Assembly: GCA_030390025.1 (NCBI GenBank)
Contig: CM059431.1
Location: 117,678,001 to 117,742,000, forward strand
Origin: Squalus acanthias
Lineage: Eukaryota
Direction: 5' to 3'
Length of the DNA stretch: 64,000 bases
Position numbers and translations under genes: made by a program. The notes below the pieces were generated by a model, which saw only the letters and a list, made by a program, of their open reading frames with translations, did not search any database and had not been told where the DNA came from. This document shows positions 63,471 through 64,000 of the stretch, one piece after another (positions within the stretch are counted from its first letter, which is position 1; each line of letters starts with the position of its first letter).

Positions 63471-64000
63471 GGGCTGGATTTTAGCAACCTCGGCAGGTCT
63501 GTGGCGGGCGAAGTCCGTGGATGGTCCCGACCCCGCAGCTGTCTTGAGCCCGGCCTCCGACATGATTTTACGTTGATAGGGCTTGTTAAGCCCGCCCTGC
63601 GAGGTTCCCGGCCAATTAAAAGGAAGCGTGTCTGATTACGTCATCTGACAGCACGTCATCAGCCAGTTTCCTTAAAGGGACCATGCCCACATTCATTTTG
63701 ACAGGTGTGCTGCCAGTGTTCTATAGCACTGAAGTGTTGCAAACACTGACAAGCACTGCACAATGGTGCACAGCTGCACACAGGCTCTCCCATGACTCCC
63801 TCCATATGTTTACAGGGAGGTTCTCTTCCCTTCCAATGGGCGGAAGAGACCTCCCCAGGACACCAATGCAGCCTGGTTGCACATTGCACAGGAGGGTACA
63901 AGCAGGAGGGAGGATCTGGTTGCAGTGGCACAAACCTTTCACAGCATCAAGTGAAGTAAATCTGGCCATGGTAAGGCCATCGCTGGCCTCCCGGGCAGCA
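63471..64000 (+). mobile_element. Left end of another Harbinger element with a decayed Myb/SANT exon 1; runs off the window
   Basis: End gggctggattttagc as in family Y. EVLFPSNGRKRPPQ...AWLHIAQE matches the Myb exon at 6826-7065. Donor-like gtaagg at ~63971. Confidence 0.75.

Noticed and set aside
1..64000. Prokaryotic-type systems (CRISPR arrays, operons, defence islands)
   Set aside because: No regularly spaced direct repeats or gene-dense organisation; the sequence is vertebrate-type repeat-rich DNA.

Overview
Eukaryotic, repeat-dense genomic DNA, most likely from a cartilaginous fish (shark-like). This is inferred from the repeat repertoire: CR1, L2, RTE, Penelope, a SacSINE1-like DeuSINE and PIF/Harbinger elements. 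Essentially all long ORFs are decayed transposon ORFs, and no host gene can be named. A few unique stretches look like exons on the minus strand (1950-2098, 47351-47644, 49793-49858). Main observations: (1) a non-LTR family whose copies begin with a tRNA-like Pol III head fused directly to an endonuclease-RT ORF, plus a head+tail-only SINE derivative in the same window; (2) a complete two-gene Harbinger with TIRs, a 3-bp TSD and the empty target site visible in paralogous copies, carrying a ~120-bp palindrome in an intron; (3) minimal hammerhead ribozyme motifs at the Penelope termini; (4) many Harbinger-type MITEs and a local inverted duplication. All alignments and coordinates were read by eye, and boundaries without a TIR or TSD are approximate.
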